A stretch of 51,705 bases of DNA from positions 1 through 51,705 of the IMG/VR virus record IMGVR_UViG_3300048834_000253, one strand, 5' to 3'. Every line of letters begins with the position of its first letter. The stretch's first letter is position 1. The notes beneath the pieces are model-generated. The model did not search any database and was not told where the DNA came from. It worked only from the letters and a program-made list of their open reading frames with translations. The DNA is from a virus. Its lineage: Duplodnaviria > Caudoviricetes. Made by a program: the position numbers and the translations under genes. Positions 50,180 to 51,705 of this stretch are shown here, in pieces.

Positions 50180-50736
50180 ATGTGCTTCCAAGTCTTGCCG
50201 GTCCGGATCGAGCTCAGTGCAGGCAGGCTAAGGCCGTACCGGCCCGCCAACACCGTCAACGTCTCGGATGAACCTCGGATGTCCATCGCATCGGCCTCGG
50301 TGATCTTTGCCGCGTGGTGAGCGGAACCCTCCGCCGTTTTATGTACGCCCCGCCCCTTGTTTACCATATCCCTCATGTTCGCCGATTGGTTGCCAGTAAA
50401 CAGGTGTGCAGGATTGAAGCACGGACGATTGTCGCAACGGTGGAGGACAGACATTCCGTCCGGAATCGGGCCGTTAAAAGCCATGAACGAAACTCTGTGT
50501 GCGGTGTACAGCTTTCGCTTGCCTCCTTCCCATCCAGACAACTGCCCGTAGCCAGTCTTAGGGTTGCGCGACCCCTCCCACTCCCAGCAAGCCGAAGCAT
50601 CACTCAATGCCGCAGCGGCGCCTCTGACCCGGCACTCTGGCGAGCAGTGAACTTTGATGGACGACCCAGTTGCGAAGTCGTTGCCGCACACGAGGCACGC
50701 CCTCTGAATCAATCGCTCTTTGGTATGTTTACTCAT
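50176..50736 (-). CDS. HNH homing endonuclease
   Basis: CxxC..CS.EC, CWEW.G...GYG, AHR.S, VLHRCDNR.C.NP.HL..G....N..D...KGR and a C-terminal HTH. Confidence 0.92.
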   Translation of the reverse strand: MSKHTKERLIQRACLVCGNDFATGSSIKVHCSPECRVRGAAAALSDASACWEWEGSRNPKTGYGQLSGWEGGKRKLYTAHRVSFMAFNGPIPDGMSVLHRCDNRPCFNPAHLFTGNQSANMRDMVNKGRGVHKTAEGSAHHAAKITEADAMDIRGSSETLTVLAGRYGLSLPALSSIRTGKTWKHI

Positions 50737-50737
50737 A

Positions 50738-50752
50738 TCGCTATTATAGCGA
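50738..50752 (-). promoter_or_regulatory. -10 box TATAAT inside a palindrome; leaderless promoter of the HNH gene
   Basis: TATAAT 6 nt before ATG; TCGCTA-TTA-TAGCGA dyad. Confidence 0.55.
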
Positions 50753-50948
50753 AACTACCGAGAGACGGCAGAGGCTATATCAGCTCGCCTGTAGCGCGTC
50801 TGCTCCCAAAGCAGCGGTGCGACCGTTTAAAATCAACAACATAGGTCACTTTTGTCTAACGGCGCTATGCTTTTAGCCAGTCGTTTTCTATAGCTACGGG
50901 CGAACGCGGTTAGACAGGTTTTAGGGCTGATTTTAACTAGGATGGGCC

Positions 50949-51227
50949 ATGAGCGAATGCCAACACACCATGACACAGGGGCGCGCGGGCGAGACGGGAA
51001 GCTGGTGTATCCAGTGCGGAGCAAAAGCTTACTCCGTCGATGAGCGAGAATGCGGCGATTGCACGCACCACAGTCGGCTTGCGACCGGAAGCATTTGCAA
51101 AAAACACTTGATGGCAATCGTGCCCACGATGCATGTCACATTTCGCGTTGCTGACGGCACATGCTGGGAGGCGCCAGCTACTTCGGCTCTGACAGCAGCG
51201 CCCGATCCGCCTCAATCTGCCCCCTGA
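50949..51227 (+). CDS. Cys-rich (zinc-binding) hypothetical protein
   Basis: C.H, CxxC, CxxC and C motifs; AGGA SD. Confidence 0.6.
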   Translation: MSECQHTMTQGRAGETGSWCIQCGAKAYSVDERECGDCTHHSRLATGSICKKHLMAIVPTMHVTFRVADGTCWEAPATSALTAAPDPPQSAP

Positions 51228-51705
51228 GCAACACTACTTCGCTATCCCTTCGGACAAGATCGCCTCTGAGGTTTGCGACCACTCCAACCCCTTCGACAAG
51301 CTGGCGGTCGAGGGCTTCAAGTCGATCCGCTGCACTGCTGCAGGCAGCGGCGTTGGCTTGGGACATGGCACGATAAGTGGCGGCTCGGCGTTCGGCGCTG
51401 TTGCGCAGCCGGTCAAGGCGGTCAAGATCAGCGCGGTGCAGAGCATCGCGCACTGGCTGCGAAAGCGTGAAGGCATCGCTGTTCTCCTGGGTTGCGGTGG
51501 CGTGGGTTGATATGCTGGCGGCGTTGCGCTGCGCTTGCGCCAGCGCGGCGGCGGTGCGCTGCGCTGCGGCCTTGGCCGTGCTGGTCTTGAGCTTTTCGTG
51601 CGCCACTTGCTCGGTGTGCAGCCGCCCGGTTTGCACCAGCAGCAGGCCCGCCAGCGCCAGGGCGGCGGCGATGGCGCCCCAGGCTTTGAGTTTGTCGAGG
51701 ATCAT
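51178..51705 (-). CDS. Rz: i-spanin (Rz)
   Basis: N-terminal TM plus coiled coil; nested lipoprotein ORF; last gene of the lysis cassette across the circular join. Confidence 0.85.
   Translation of the reverse strand: MILDKLKAWGAIAAALALAGLLLVQTGRLHTEQVAHEKLKTSTAKAAAQRTAAALAQAQRNAASISTHATATQENSDAFTLSQPVRDALHRADLDRLDRLRNSAERRAATYRAMSQANAAACSSAADRLEALDRQLVEGVGVVANLRGDLVRRDSEVVLLRGQIEADRALLSEPK
51234..51476 (-). CDS. Rz1: o-spanin lipoprotein (Rz1), embedded in Rz
   Basis: AGGAG SD; lipobox LTGC followed by a Pro-rich stretch. Confidence 0.85.
   Translation of the reverse strand: MPSRFRSQCAMLCTALILTALTGCATAPNAEPPLIVPCPKPTPLPAAVQRIDLKPSTASLSKGLEWSQTSEAILSEGIAK

Noticed and set aside
51579-51705. 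127-bp repeat as a biological terminal repeat
   Set aside because: Its length equals a common k-mer, it falls mid-gene, and a P22-like terminase implies headful packaging.

Overview
The window is a complete, circularly assembled temperate phage genome of about 51,578 bp. Bases 1-127 are repeated exactly at 51579-51705, and attP is intact. It is GC-rich and probably infects a Burkholderiales-type betaproteobacterium (inference). The minus strand carries a lambdoid cro/replication/nin block (cro, rep, dnaB, ninB, ninG), then a podovirus late region: P22-like terminase, portal, GNAT plus ejection proteins, a 2,972-aa polyvalent protein (SLT, ART-like, zincin, LPD38-like), scaffold, N4-gp56-type capsid, tail, and a SAR-endolysin/spanin lysis cassette. 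The plus strand carries cI, a long early operon (Rad52/Sak-like recombinase, ssb, frameshifted MTase, Lar-like, xis), a tRNA-derived attP and a tyrosine integrase. The most unusual signals are: (i) a tandemly duplicated structured-RNA cassette, one copy of which holds an entire HNH gene in its variable loop; (ii) four SD-preceded ORFs overprinted in the same +1 frame inside the giant ejection-protein gene; (iii) three late promoters sharing a GGCATATATGCC palindrome at identical spacing from an RACANT -10 box, with no Q gene; (iv) covarying duplicated hairpins in the early leader of an operon with six terminators and no N gene; (v) homing endonucleases that have rebuilt terS and ninG. All family assignments come from motif recognition; no searches were run.
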